Positions 1 to 9,020 of a stretch of DNA of 64,000 bases are shown one piece after another; position 1 is the stretch's first letter, and each line of letters begins with the position of its first letter. The notes beneath the pieces were generated by a model that was not told the origin of the DNA, did no database searches, and saw only the letters and a list, made by a program, of their open reading frames with translations. The translations under genes were made by a program, and so were the position numbers. Origin of the DNA: Planctomycetota bacterium (GTDB lineage Bacteria; Planctomycetota; UBA1135; UBA2386); the NCBI GenBank assembly GCA_965223545.1, contig OZ245006.1:5504001-5568000 (forward strand). Reading direction: 5' to 3'.

Positions 1-26
1 TCGTCGCGCGTCAGGTCGGCGAGCAT
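1..26 (-). CDS. 5' end of a gene running off the window (MLADLTRD...), possibly the DUF692/MNIO maturase of the adjacent precursor
   Basis: ATG at 26, 16 nt downstream of the stop of 43..402 on the same strand. Identity inferred only from context. Confidence 0.3.
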
Positions 27-42
27 GGCAGGCCCCGAACGA

Positions 43-402
43 TCAGTTGGGGACCTTGCAGCCGCCCATGCCCTGGCACGCGTTCTGGCCCTTGCAGGCG
101 TTGCGCTCGGTCTTGCATCCGCCCTGGCCGCGGCAGTCGTTCTGGCCCTTGCACGCGTGCTCGACGGTCGCACAGCCGCCGTTGCCGCGGCAGTCGTTCA
201 TGCCCTTGCAGGCGTGCTTGCCCTCGACCGCGCAGCCGCCTTGGCCGCGGCAGGAGTTGAGCCCCTTGCAGGCGTGCTTTTCCAGCATCGAGGCTTCGGC
301 ACTGGGCTGTGAGGTCGCCGGATCGCTGGCGCAGCCGGTGGTCGAGCCCAGGAGGAGGCCGCTGACCGCGGCGGCGAGGAGTGAGGAGGTCGTCTTGTTC
401 AT
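43..402 (-). CDS. Exported Cys-rich repeat peptide, BufA2/bufferin-like RiPP precursor, possibly a lipoprotein
   Basis: MNKTTSSLLAAAVSGLLLGSTTGC signal/lipobox-like N-terminus, then 4 repeats of (H/N)ACKGxNxC(R/Q)GxGGC. Confidence 0.8.
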   Translation of the reverse strand: MNKTTSSLLAAAVSGLLLGSTTGCASDPATSQPSAEASMLEKHACKGLNSCRGQGGCAVEGKHACKGMNDCRGNGGCATVEHACKGQNDCRGQGGCKTERNACKGQNACQGMGGCKVPN

Positions 403-427
403 CGAGCGGTTCCAAAGAGACAAGGGT

Positions 428-458
428 CACGACGGGCTGCCCGAGGCAGCCCGTTGTG
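428..458 (-). promoter_or_regulatory. Stem-loop upstream of the precursor gene (putative 5' UTR structure)
   Basis: ACGGGCTGCC-CGA-GGCAGCCCGT perfect 10-bp stem at 432-454, extendable with CAC/GTG. Confidence 0.45.
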
Positions 459-671
459 CTGCCGCTGGTTACGATAGGTGCTGCGGGCCGGTCCACGCAT
501 CCGGAATTCCGCCGAACTGCCAATGGCGCGGGCGTTACGGCGCACGCCCGTTCTGCCAGGTCGCCATCGCCGGTTTGCGGCACGGGATGCCACCCCCGCA
601 ACGATGCACCGTATACTGGGGGTGTCGGGGAGCCGAGATCGCGGGTCCCCAACCCCACACACCACTGGGCC

Positions 672-3104
672 ATGGCAACCGTATCCAACTGCGCGCGCGA
701 CGCGGCGATCGCGCTCTCGCTCCTGCTGACCGCTTGCTCCGGCGACGGCCGCACCGCGGCCACCGCGCCGCGGACCGAGGTCGCCATCGCCAGCAGCCGG
801 CTGGCTCCCGGCGCCGGCGACGCCTTGGTGCCGGCGCTGTTGAGTTCGGCAGGGGTGGCGCTGTCCCACGCCGGTCGGCCGCCGTTTCGCATGGCGGACG
901 GGATGCTGGCCGCCGAGCTGACCGAGCGCGCGGTGGCGCACCTCGAGGCGAGCGCACTCGCCGCCGGCGGGGCCGGGCTCGAGGGCTCGGACTTGATCCG
1001 ACGGTTGGCCGCGGCCACGAGCGCGCCGCCCGACCGCAACGGCAATGGCACCAACCTCGACGAGACGTTGGCGGATTCCGTCGACAAGCTGGCCCAGGCG
1101 GTGGCGATGCCGGCGCCCAGGGCGCGGCAGGTCGGTCTGCCCGCGGCGGTGACCGACGCCGACTACCTCGCTTCGGTCGCCGCGGTCGGGCGCCGCGACT
1201 ACCACCGCCAGGCGGTGCGGCCGTCCGGCGATCGCACGGTCGATGCGCGCCAGCTGGCGCACGCCATGCAGGCGCGGCTGATCTTGGCCCAGGCCGTGCT
1301 GCGCAACGGCACCGGTCCACTGGCGGCATCGGGAGATCCGCGGGGGCTCGTCGCGCTGTTGGCGCTGCAGCAAGCCCTGGCCATGGAGACCACGGCGCTG
1401 GACAGTCTGTTCTACGACGGCCTGGCGATGGGGCGGATCGATCCGCGCACCTACGACCCGAGCGTTGAGCCACAATGGCTGCCGCGCCGGTTCCGCTACA
1501 CCGACGAGCCCGGTCTGCCCGGCGTGCCGGACGCGTACTTGGTGGTGGATCGCGCCAGCGACCTCGCCGCGCTCGGTGGCCTGCTGCATGCGGCGTCCGA
1601 GCTGGCGTGGATGGTGTCGCCGCGCAGCCCGCACCGCGCGCTTGCGGCGCTCATCGCGGGGCCGCTGTACGAGCTGCCGGTCAGCGGTGGGCCGATCGGT
1701 CCGCCGCCGCCCAACTGGGACGACGACATCGGGCCCCTCACGCGGTTCTGGTGCTGGGGCTGCCACTTCGATCCCGTCGAGTTCGCGTTCGCCAACTTCA
1801 GCGTCGAGGACTACGAGGCGACGCTGAGAGGTGGCCGCAACAACACGATGTTCCCCGCGGTCGTGCCCGGCGATCACCGCGCCAGCTTGATGTGGCAAGT
1901 GCTGGTCGGACCGACGTCGGTGTCGGCGCAGATGCCCAAGAGCACGGCGGTGCCGCCGGTGACCCTCGACCAGGAGGACATCGACATGGTGGCGGCGTGG
2001 ATCGACGCCGGCGCGCCCGAGAAGGCGCCGCCGCCGGTGCAGGGGCCGCAGCAGGGGCTCGACTTGGCGCGTGTGCTGCTCGCCAACCTCGAAGCGCTGC
2101 ACCTCGATGCCAGCGGCGCGATGCACCACCGGCACGAGGGCGACGCGGCCAGCGGGTTTGCCGAGCCGGGTCCGACCGGGGCGGTGCTGCGCGCATTGGT
2201 GGCGTTCTTGGCGGTGGAGCCCGGCGATCCGTCGGCGTCCGCGCTCTTGCGCGCGGCGGCGGACTATGCCTCGAGCGTCCTGGTCGACGCCGACGGCTGG
2301 ATGCCGGAGGTCGTGCGGGTCGACGCGCGGGCGCGCTCCGGAGTGGCGGGGTTGTCGGCGCACGCCCAGCTGACGGCGGGTCTGCTGGCGGCGGGGCGCA
2401 CCGGCCATGCCGCCGCTCGCGATGCCGGTCGCCGCGCCGTGGCCGTCTTGTTGGATGAGTTTTGGGACGATGCGGCGGAGCGCTTCAGCGAGACACCTGG
2501 CGGTGCCGGCGTGATCTATGACCCCGACCTGCTGGCCGCGCTGCTGGCGGCGCTGCGCGAGGCGGCGGCCGATGGCGAGGTCCGCGCCGGCACCATCCAC
2601 GATCGCCTGCTGCGGCGGTTGCGCCCGCATCTCGTGTTTTCGGAGTGGGGCGCGCGCGGCGAGGTGATCGGCGACGGCATCGCCGACACCGACGGAAACG
2701 GCGTGCCGGAGCCCGCGCTGGCTGGCGGGACGCACGGCCGGGCGCCGATGTTCGCCGGTGAGATCCGCGACGGTGTCCCCGCACCCGCGATCTCGGCCGC
2801 GATCACTTGGTCCGAGCACATTCAGCCGCTGTTCCGGCAGAAGTGCGCGCAGTGCCATCTCGATGGGGCACAACGCGGAGCCTATCGGCTGGACTCGCCG
2901 GCCCTGCTGCGCGTGCCCGGCGAGTCGGGCGGGCAGTGGCCACTGGTCGTCGCGGGCGACCCCGAGGCCTCGCTGCTGTATCGCAAGCTGGTGGATCGCA
3001 ACCCGGCCGTCGGCGTGCAGATGCCCGAGGCGCAGCCGCCGCTGTCGCCCGCCGCCAAGGAGCTGGTGCGGCAGTGGATCCTGCAGGGCGCGGAGGGCCG
3101 CTGA
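672..3104 (+). CDS. Lipoprotein with two planctomycete-type cytochrome c domains and helical regions
   Basis: Lipobox LLLTAC. CWGCH followed by VVPGDHRASL..QMPK..WIDAGA, and CAQCH followed by GDPEASLLYRK..QMP..WILQGA. Start chosen at ATG 672. Confidence 0.8.
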   Translation: MATVSNCARDAAIALSLLLTACSGDGRTAATAPRTEVAIASSRLAPGAGDALVPALLSSAGVALSHAGRPPFRMADGMLAAELTERAVAHLEASALAAGGAGLEGSDLIRRLAAATSAPPDRNGNGTNLDETLADSVDKLAQAVAMPAPRARQVGLPAAVTDADYLASVAAVGRRDYHRQAVRPSGDRTVDARQLAHAMQARLILAQAVLRNGTGPLAASGDPRGLVALLALQQALAMETTALDSLFYDGLAMGRIDPRTYDPSVEPQWLPRRFRYTDEPGLPGVPDAYLVVDRASDLAALGGLLHAASELAWMVSPRSPHRALAALIAGPLYELPVSGGPIGPPPPNWDDDIGPLTRFWCWGCHFDPVEFAFANFSVEDYEATLRGGRNNTMFPAVVPGDHRASLMWQVLVGPTSVSAQMPKSTAVPPVTLDQEDIDMVAAWIDAGAPEKAPPPVQGPQQGLDLARVLLANLEALHLDASGAMHHRHEGDAASGFAEPGPTGAVLRALVAFLAVEPGDPSASALLRAAADYASSVLVDADGWMPEVVRVDARARSGVAGLSAHAQLTAGLLAAGRTGHAAARDAGRRAVAVLLDEFWDDAAERFSETPGGAGVIYDPDLLAALLAALREAAADGEVRAGTIHDRLLRRLRPHLVFSEWGARGEVIGDGIADTDGNGVPEPALAGGTHGRAPMFAGEIRDGVPAPAISAAITWSEHIQPLFRQKCAQCHLDGAQRGAYRLDSPALLRVPGESGGQWPLVVAGDPEASLLYRKLVDRNPAVGVQMPEAQPPLSPAAKELVRQWILQGAEGR

Positions 3105-3176
3105 GGGATCTTGCCGGGAGCGGAGGACCGCTGAGTCGACGCGGCGGTCCCGTCACCGCTACCATCCGCCTCGCCC

Positions 3177-4043
3177 ATGAAGATTCGCGACATGTTCGGC
3201 GCGGGGGCGCCCGTGGTCTCGTTCGAGTTCTTTCCACCCAAGACCGACGAGGGCACCGAGACGCTGTTCCGCACGGTGGCCGCGCTGCGCGCCTGCCGGC
3301 CGTCGTACGTCTCGGTGACCTATGGCGCCGGGGGCAGCACACGCGACCGCACCCTCGACCTGGTCGGGCGCATCAAGCGCGAGCTGTCGATCGAGGCGAT
3401 GGCGCACCTCACCTGCGTCGGTTCGAGCCGCGATGAGATCCGCGAGATCCTGGTCCGGCTGCGGGACGCGGGCATCGAGAACGTGCTGGCGCTGCGCGGC
3501 GATCCGCCGGCGGGCGAGACCGAGTTTCGCCGGCCGAAAGACGGCTTCGGCTACGCCAGCGAGCTGGTGGCGTTCATCCGCGATGAGGGCTTCGACTTCT
3601 GCGTCGGCGCGGCCTGCTACCCCGAGGGGCACGTCGAGTGCCGGGACCTCGACCGCGACCTACGGCACCTCAACGAGAAGGTCGCCGCGGGCGTCGACTT
3701 CCTGATCACCCAGCTGTTCTTCGACAACGAGGACTATCGCGCGTTCGAGCGCCGCGCGCGCGGCGCCGGCATCGACTTGCCGATCGTGCCGGGTCTGATG
3801 CCGATCACCAACGTCGCCCAGGTGGAGCGCTTCACGAAGATGTGCGGCTCGCGGATTCCCGCAGAGCTGCACCGCCGGCTCAAGGTGGTCGAGGAGGACG
3901 GCTCGGCGGTGGTGGCGACCGGCGCGCTGTGGACCGAGTCCCAGGCCCGTGCCCTGCTGAGCGACGGGGCGCCCGGGATCCATTTTTACACGCTCAACAA
4001 ATCCTCTGCGACGATGGCGATTCATGCGTCGCTGGGGCTCTGA
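3177..4043 (+). CDS. metF: 5,10-methylenetetrahydrofolate reductase
   Basis: SFEFFPPK, SVTYGAGG, AHLTC, LALRGD, CYPEGH, ITQLFFD, HFYTLN motifs. Confidence 0.97.
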   Translation: MKIRDMFGAGAPVVSFEFFPPKTDEGTETLFRTVAALRACRPSYVSVTYGAGGSTRDRTLDLVGRIKRELSIEAMAHLTCVGSSRDEIREILVRLRDAGIENVLALRGDPPAGETEFRRPKDGFGYASELVAFIRDEGFDFCVGAACYPEGHVECRDLDRDLRHLNEKVAAGVDFLITQLFFDNEDYRAFERRARGAGIDLPIVPGLMPITNVAQVERFTKMCGSRIPAELHRRLKVVEEDGSAVVATGALWTESQARALLSDGAPGIHFYTLNKSSATMAIHASLGL

Positions 4044-4123
4044 AAGTACGGATCCAGGCTCCCGCGCATCACATCGGTGAACGTACGGAGCCTGGATCCG
4101 TACTTTCGTGGATCCGTACGTTC
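4042..4123. repeat. Paired REP-like inverted repeat downstream of metF, possible terminator or mRNA stabiliser
   Basis: GAAAGTACGGATCCAGGCTCC (4042-4062) is the exact reverse complement of 4087-4107. An alternative 11-bp stem is GAACGTACGGA/TCCGTACGTTC. Confidence 0.8.
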
Positions 4124-4246
4124 GGTGATTCCCCGGGGATGTGCCCGGGCCGGTTTGCCGGCATAGTGCATGCCCGAACCGCCTGCCCCGGCGGCTGGCG
4201 TCCGGTGTCCCCCGGGCGCGGCTGCGTGAACATCACGCAACTTCCC

Positions 4247-5656
4247 ATGCATCTCAAATGCCTCTCGATCGCCGCGGGCACTGCGGCGGCTCTCGTCTTT
4301 TCCTCCCAGGCCGCGGGCCAGACGTCGCGCAACGTGACGCTGGTCGGTCAGTTCAATCCGACCCGCAGCTACTCGGACATCTGGGGCTATCTCGCTCCCA
4401 ACGGCAAGGAGTACGCGCTGCTGGCGGCGACCAACGGCACCTACGTCGTCGATTGCTCCGACCCTGCCAATCCCGTGCAGCGCGGCTTCTTCAGTGGCTC
4501 CAGCACGTGCTGCCGCGACATCCGCACCTATGGCACCTACGCCTACGTCGTCAATGAGGGCGGCGGCGGGCTGCAGGTCATCGACCTGACCGATCCCGAC
4601 GCGCCCACGCTGGCGACGACGGTGCGCACGAGTGCCCTGAACACTGCGCACAACGTGTCCGTCGACGTGCAGAACGGCATCATGTACGTGCCGGGGGCCA
4701 ACGGCGGAATGCCGATCCTGGACCTGACCGATCCCGCCAATCCCGCGCAGATCAGCGTCAAGGGCGGCAGCTACGTGCACGACATGCAGGCGCAGGACGG
4801 CTACGCCTACGTCGCCGAGATCTTCAACAGCCGGTTGGCGATCTGGGACTTGAGCAGCGGTCCGAGCGGCTCGCGCATCGGCAGTGTCTCGATCAGCACC
4901 GCGCACAACGCGTGGCCGAGCCGGGACAATCAAGTCCTGGCGGTCACCAGCGAGGTGAGCGGCGGGCGGATGACGTTCGTCGACATCGCCAACAAGCGCC
5001 TGCCCCGGTCGGTGTCGACCTGGCGCACGGGCGGCAGCGGCGCGATCCCGCACAACGCGTTCATGCGCGATCGCGTGTGCCACGTTTCGTACTACTCCGA
5101 GGGCTATCGCTCGCTCGACCTCACCGACCCTGCCAGCCCGCGCGAGGTCGCGTACTACGACGCCTCGCGCTCGACCAGCGGCTACTCCGGAGCCTGGGGC
5201 TGCTACCCGTTCCAGCCGTCGGGCCTGATCTACGTGAGTGACATGAGCCAGGGACTGCTCGTCCTGCGCTCGGCGTCGGCACACGAGCGCTACGGCGCGG
5301 CGACGGCGGGGGCCGGCGGGGCACCGACCGCGCACACCTTCGGCGCCGCCTACCACGGCAACGCCCGCTTCAAGCTGCAGCTCGAAGACGCGGCCCCCGG
5401 TGCCGCCGCGCTGCTGCTGGTCGGCGCCGCCCGCGGTGTGACGCCGGTCAGCGGTGCCACGGTTCTGATCGACGTCACCCAACCGGCAGCCGTGGTGAGC
5501 ACGACGACCGATGCCACCGGTGCCGCCGAGGTGGCGATCCCGGTGTTGCCGGGGCCGACCGGCACGGTGCACTGCCAGTGGCTGGTGTCCGACGCGGGCG
5601 CGCCGGGCGGAATCGCCGCGACGCGTGGCCTTTCGGTGGCGGTGTTCGCGCCCTGA
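4247..5656 (+). CDS. Exported choice-of-anchor B / LVIVD-repeat beta-propeller protein with conserved C-terminal domain
   Basis: Signal peptide ending AAG-Q. SDIWGY..GKEYAL, GLQVIDL, AHNV, YVHD, PHNAF, SYYSEG, GAWGCYPF motifs. Confidence 0.85.
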   Translation: MHLKCLSIAAGTAAALVFSSQAAGQTSRNVTLVGQFNPTRSYSDIWGYLAPNGKEYALLAATNGTYVVDCSDPANPVQRGFFSGSSTCCRDIRTYGTYAYVVNEGGGGLQVIDLTDPDAPTLATTVRTSALNTAHNVSVDVQNGIMYVPGANGGMPILDLTDPANPAQISVKGGSYVHDMQAQDGYAYVAEIFNSRLAIWDLSSGPSGSRIGSVSISTAHNAWPSRDNQVLAVTSEVSGGRMTFVDIANKRLPRSVSTWRTGGSGAIPHNAFMRDRVCHVSYYSEGYRSLDLTDPASPREVAYYDASRSTSGYSGAWGCYPFQPSGLIYVSDMSQGLLVLRSASAHERYGAATAGAGGAPTAHTFGAAYHGNARFKLQLEDAAPGAAALLLVGAARGVTPVSGATVLIDVTQPAAVVSTTTDATGAAEVAIPVLPGPTGTVHCQWLVSDAGAPGGIAATRGLSVAVFAP

Positions 5657-5716
5657 CCGTCGCGTTCGGGGGGCGTGCGCGGCTACCGTGTCGTGGTGCC
5701 GCGCTCTCCCGACCCG

Positions 5717-7018
5717 ATGCTCTCCGTCTTTGCCGGTCGCCGGCAGCGTCTGCTCGACGCGCTCGGCGACGGGCTGCTGATCCTGCCGACCGCGCCGGAG
5801 ACTCTGCGCAACGGCGACGTGCACCACGAGTACCGGCCGGGCAGCGAGTTCACCTATCTCTGTGGGTTCGCCGAGCCCGAAGCCGTGCTGGTGGCGTGGC
5901 GCGAGGGCGCGCGGCACCGCGCCGAGCTGTTCGTGCGGCCGCGCGACCGCGAGATGGAGATCTGGAACGGCCGTCGGGCCGGCGTGCGCGGCGCCCTGCG
6001 GACGACCGGTGTCGACGCGGCGCACGAGATCGGCGCGCTGTGGGACAAGATGCCCGCGCTGATCGGGGACCACACCCAGCTGTTCTACGCGCTGGGGCGC
6101 GACCGCGCGTTCGACGACGCCCTGCTCGCCTGTTGCCGCAAGGTGGCGATCGCCGCGCGGCGGCGGCGCACCCCGGCCAACCCGGCGATCGTCGATCCGA
6201 CGCCGGCGCTCGCCGAGCAGCGCATCGTCAAGGCGCCCGAGGAGATCGCGCTGCTCGAGCGCGCCGCCGAGGTCACCGCCGCCGGCCACGTCGCGGCGAT
6301 GCGCGCGGCCCGGCCCGGTGCCACCGAGTATCAGGTGCAGGCGGCGCTCGAGGCGGAATTCCGGCGCCGCGGCTCGCCGCGCAACGGCTACCCGTCGATC
6401 GTCGCCAGCGGAGCCAACGCGTGCATCCTGCACTACGTCGAGAACCGCCGCACCATGCGCAGCGGCGACCTGCTGTTGATCGACGCCGGCGCCGAGCTGG
6501 GCGGCTACACCGCGGACATCACGCGGACGTTTCCGGTCAACGGCACCTTCTCGCAGGAGCAACGCGCGGTCTACCGCATCGTGCTGCGCGCGCAGAAGGC
6601 CGGCATTCGGGCCGCAAAGGCGGGGGCCGGTTGTGACGCGCCGCACCGCGCGTGTGTGCGCCACTTGACCAAGGGCCTGGTCGAGCTCGGCGTGCTGCGC
6701 GGCGACCCGGCCGCGCTGATCAAGCGCCAGGCCTATCGGCCGTACTACATGCACGGCACCAGTCACTGGCTGGGGCTCGACGTGCACGATGCCGGGGTCT
6801 ATCAGCGCGGCGGTCGGGCCGCGCCCCTCCAGGCCGGCAACGTGCTGACGGTCGAGCCCGGCCTCTACTTCGGTACCGATCGACAAGTGCCGCGCGCGCT
6901 CCGCGGCATCGGCATCCGCATCGAGGACGACGTGCTGGTCACCGACGACGGGCCGCGGGTGTTGAGCGGCGGCGTGCCGAAGGAGATCACCGAGGTCGAG
7001 CGCGCGTGCCAGGCGTGA
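5717..7018 (+). CDS. pepP: Xaa-Pro aminopeptidase (M24B)
   Basis: N-terminal RNGDVHHEYRPGSEFTYLCG, LIDAG, ADITRT, HGTSHWLGLDVHD, TVEPGLY, GIRIEDD. Confidence 0.93.
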   Translation: MLSVFAGRRQRLLDALGDGLLILPTAPETLRNGDVHHEYRPGSEFTYLCGFAEPEAVLVAWREGARHRAELFVRPRDREMEIWNGRRAGVRGALRTTGVDAAHEIGALWDKMPALIGDHTQLFYALGRDRAFDDALLACCRKVAIAARRRRTPANPAIVDPTPALAEQRIVKAPEEIALLERAAEVTAAGHVAAMRAARPGATEYQVQAALEAEFRRRGSPRNGYPSIVASGANACILHYVENRRTMRSGDLLLIDAGAELGGYTADITRTFPVNGTFSQEQRAVYRIVLRAQKAGIRAAKAGAGCDAPHRACVRHLTKGLVELGVLRGDPAALIKRQAYRPYYMHGTSHWLGLDVHDAGVYQRGGRAAPLQAGNVLTVEPGLYFGTDRQVPRALRGIGIRIEDDVLVTDDGPRVLSGGVPKEITEVERACQA

Positions 7019-7022
7019 GGCG

Positions 7023-9020
7023 TCAGCGCGCCAGCAGCGCCTCGAGCCGGGCGCGCATGCTGTCGCGCCGCGCCTTGCCGGCCTCGGTGTCGATCAGGTT
7101 GTCGAGCTGCTCGACGTCCTTGCGCAGGTCGTACAGCTCTTCGGTGTCGTCGCCGTTCCACAGGTACTGATAGCCGTCGGCCATCAGCGAGCGGATGCCG
7201 TCGTAGCCCATCGGGCCGAGCTGCTCCTGCGGTAGGTTCATCGAGTTGCGGGCGACGACCGAAGCGACTGCCGGCGACACCGTCGGGCGGTCGCCGCCCG
7301 CGGCGGGGTTCAACAGCGGTGCCAGCGAGTGGCCGGGCAGCGGCGGCCGGGCAGTCACGCCGACCAGGTCGAGGATGGTGGCGGGCAGGTCGACCAGCGA
7401 GACGAACTCGTCGACGCGCGTGGCGGCGGGGACCCGCGGCGGAAACGAGATCACCAAGGGCAGGTGTAGCAGTGGCAGGTAGAGGCTGTTGCCGTGCCCG
7501 GTCAGGTCGTGCTCGCCGAACTGCTCGCCGTGATCGCCGGTGACGATCAGCACGGTGTTGTCCAGCTGCCCGTGCTCGCGCAAGTCTTGGACGATGGCCG
7601 CGATCCAGTCGTCGATGTAGTGGATGCAGCCGTCGTAGGCGTCGACGTAGCCCTGCATCACCTCCGGCCCGTACATGCCGCCGTTTTGCCAGGAGTGCAG
7701 GTGGGGGCTGCGCGGGCCGAACTCCTCGTCGTAGCCGGGCGGGGCGATGTAGAGCCCGTGCGCGTCGAAGTAGTTCAAGAAGGCGAAGAACGGCCGCCCG
7801 TCGAGACCGGCCTTCCAGTCGAGGTAGCCGGTGGTGACGCGCTCCGCGCTGCCGCGCACCAATCCCTCGAAGCGCCGGTAGCCGAGCGCGTCGGTGATCT
7901 CGTCGCCGAGGCTCGTCATCCACGCCAGGCTGCCCGCGTCGACGGCAAAGTCCTCGTAGTGCACGAAGCCCCGCGCGATGCCCCACTCGGCCGAGCAGTA
8001 GGCGAGGTTGCCGACGAAGCCGCCGGTGGCGTAGCCGTGGTCGCGCAGCACCTCGGCCAGCGTGGTCGGTCCGTCGTCGAGCGGTACGGTCCAGTTGGCG
8101 GTGTTCTGGTGCGTGTAGCGGCCGGTGAACATCGACGCGTGCGAGGACAACGTCCACGGTGCGGTGGAGAAGAACCACTCGAACACCGTGCCGTCGGCGG
8201 CGATCGCGTCGATCGCCGGCGTCGTCGGCCGCTCGTAGCCGTAGGCGCCGAGGTGGTCGGCGCACACCGTGTCGAGCACGATGAGCACGACGTTGGGGGC
8301 ATCCGGCGCGGCGGCGGGAAGCTCCGCCATGGCGGTCGACTCACGCGTGCGCTCGACGATGGGCTGCGCGATGGCGACCACGGCCAGCGCCGCGATGATC
8401 CAAAGCGTGCTGCGGCGCGCCAAGCGGCGCAGGCCTGCGCTGCGCGAAGCGGCGACCCGCGCGGCCTGCCAGCCGATGCCCAGCGCGAGCACCGCGATGG
8501 CGAGCGGCGCCAAGCTGCCGTGCAGCACGGCCTGACTCCAGCCGCCGAGCGTCGCCAAACCGAACACCAGCACGGCGACCGGCATCGCCCACCACCGCCC
8601 TGCCAGCAGGGTGCACGCCGCGCCGAGGACACCGAACACCGCGCCATACAGCAATGGGACCAGCCAGTAGAACTCTCGCGGTTGGCGGATCTCGACCTCG
8701 AAGCCGTGCTTGAGCACCACGCGTTGCACCACTTCGGCGATGCCGACCAGGAGACCGAGCCAGAGCGCGACGCGGGTCGCGTCCCCAAGGCCGAGCCGCG
8801 GTGCATCGGCGAACCGCCGCGCGATCCACTGGCGCCGGCGCGGGCAGGCGAACAGCCCGACGAGCGCCAGCGCTGCCCCGGCGGCGATCACCGTCGCCTG
8901 TTGCCAGCCGATGCCGGGCCGGCCGCCGAGCAGGGAATCGGCCGCCCAGGCGCCGGCGATCGCGAGGAGGCCGAGCGCCAACGCGGCGTTGGCCAGAATC
9001 GAGCTGCGGTGTTGCGTCAT
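7023..9020 (-). CDS. Membrane-anchored sulfatase-like (alkaline phosphatase superfamily) hydrolase/transferase
   Basis: Multiple N-terminal TM segments. NVVLIVLDTVCADHL, PWTLSSHASMFTG, FLNYFDAH, TGDHGEQFGEH. ATG overlaps the upstream stop (ATGA). Confidence 0.88.
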   Translation of the reverse strand: MTQHRSSILANAALALGLLAIAGAWAADSLLGGRPGIGWQQATVIAAGAALALVGLFACPRRRQWIARRFADAPRLGLGDATRVALWLGLLVGIAEVVQRVVLKHGFEVEIRQPREFYWLVPLLYGAVFGVLGAACTLLAGRWWAMPVAVLVFGLATLGGWSQAVLHGSLAPLAIAVLALGIGWQAARVAASRSAGLRRLARRSTLWIIAALAVVAIAQPIVERTRESTAMAELPAAAPDAPNVVLIVLDTVCADHLGAYGYERPTTPAIDAIAADGTVFEWFFSTAPWTLSSHASMFTGRYTHQNTANWTVPLDDGPTTLAEVLRDHGYATGGFVGNLAYCSAEWGIARGFVHYEDFAVDAGSLAWMTSLGDEITDALGYRRFEGLVRGSAERVTTGYLDWKAGLDGRPFFAFLNYFDAHGLYIAPPGYDEEFGPRSPHLHSWQNGGMYGPEVMQGYVDAYDGCIHYIDDWIAAIVQDLREHGQLDNTVLIVTGDHGEQFGEHDLTGHGNSLYLPLLHLPLVISFPPRVPAATRVDEFVSLVDLPATILDLVGVTARPPLPGHSLAPLLNPAAGGDRPTVSPAVASVVARNSMNLPQEQLGPMGYDGIRSLMADGYQYLWNGDDTEELYDLRKDVEQLDNLIDTEAGKARRDSMRARLEALLAR

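Noticed and set aside
43..300. Regularly spaced DNA repeats resembling a CRISPR array
   Set aside because: They are the in-frame coding repeats of the Cys-rich peptide. No unique spacers and no cas genes.
447..472. GTAACC on the minus strand as a SigF/ECF16-type -35 for the precursor
   Set aside because: No CGAA -10 element at the expected spacing.
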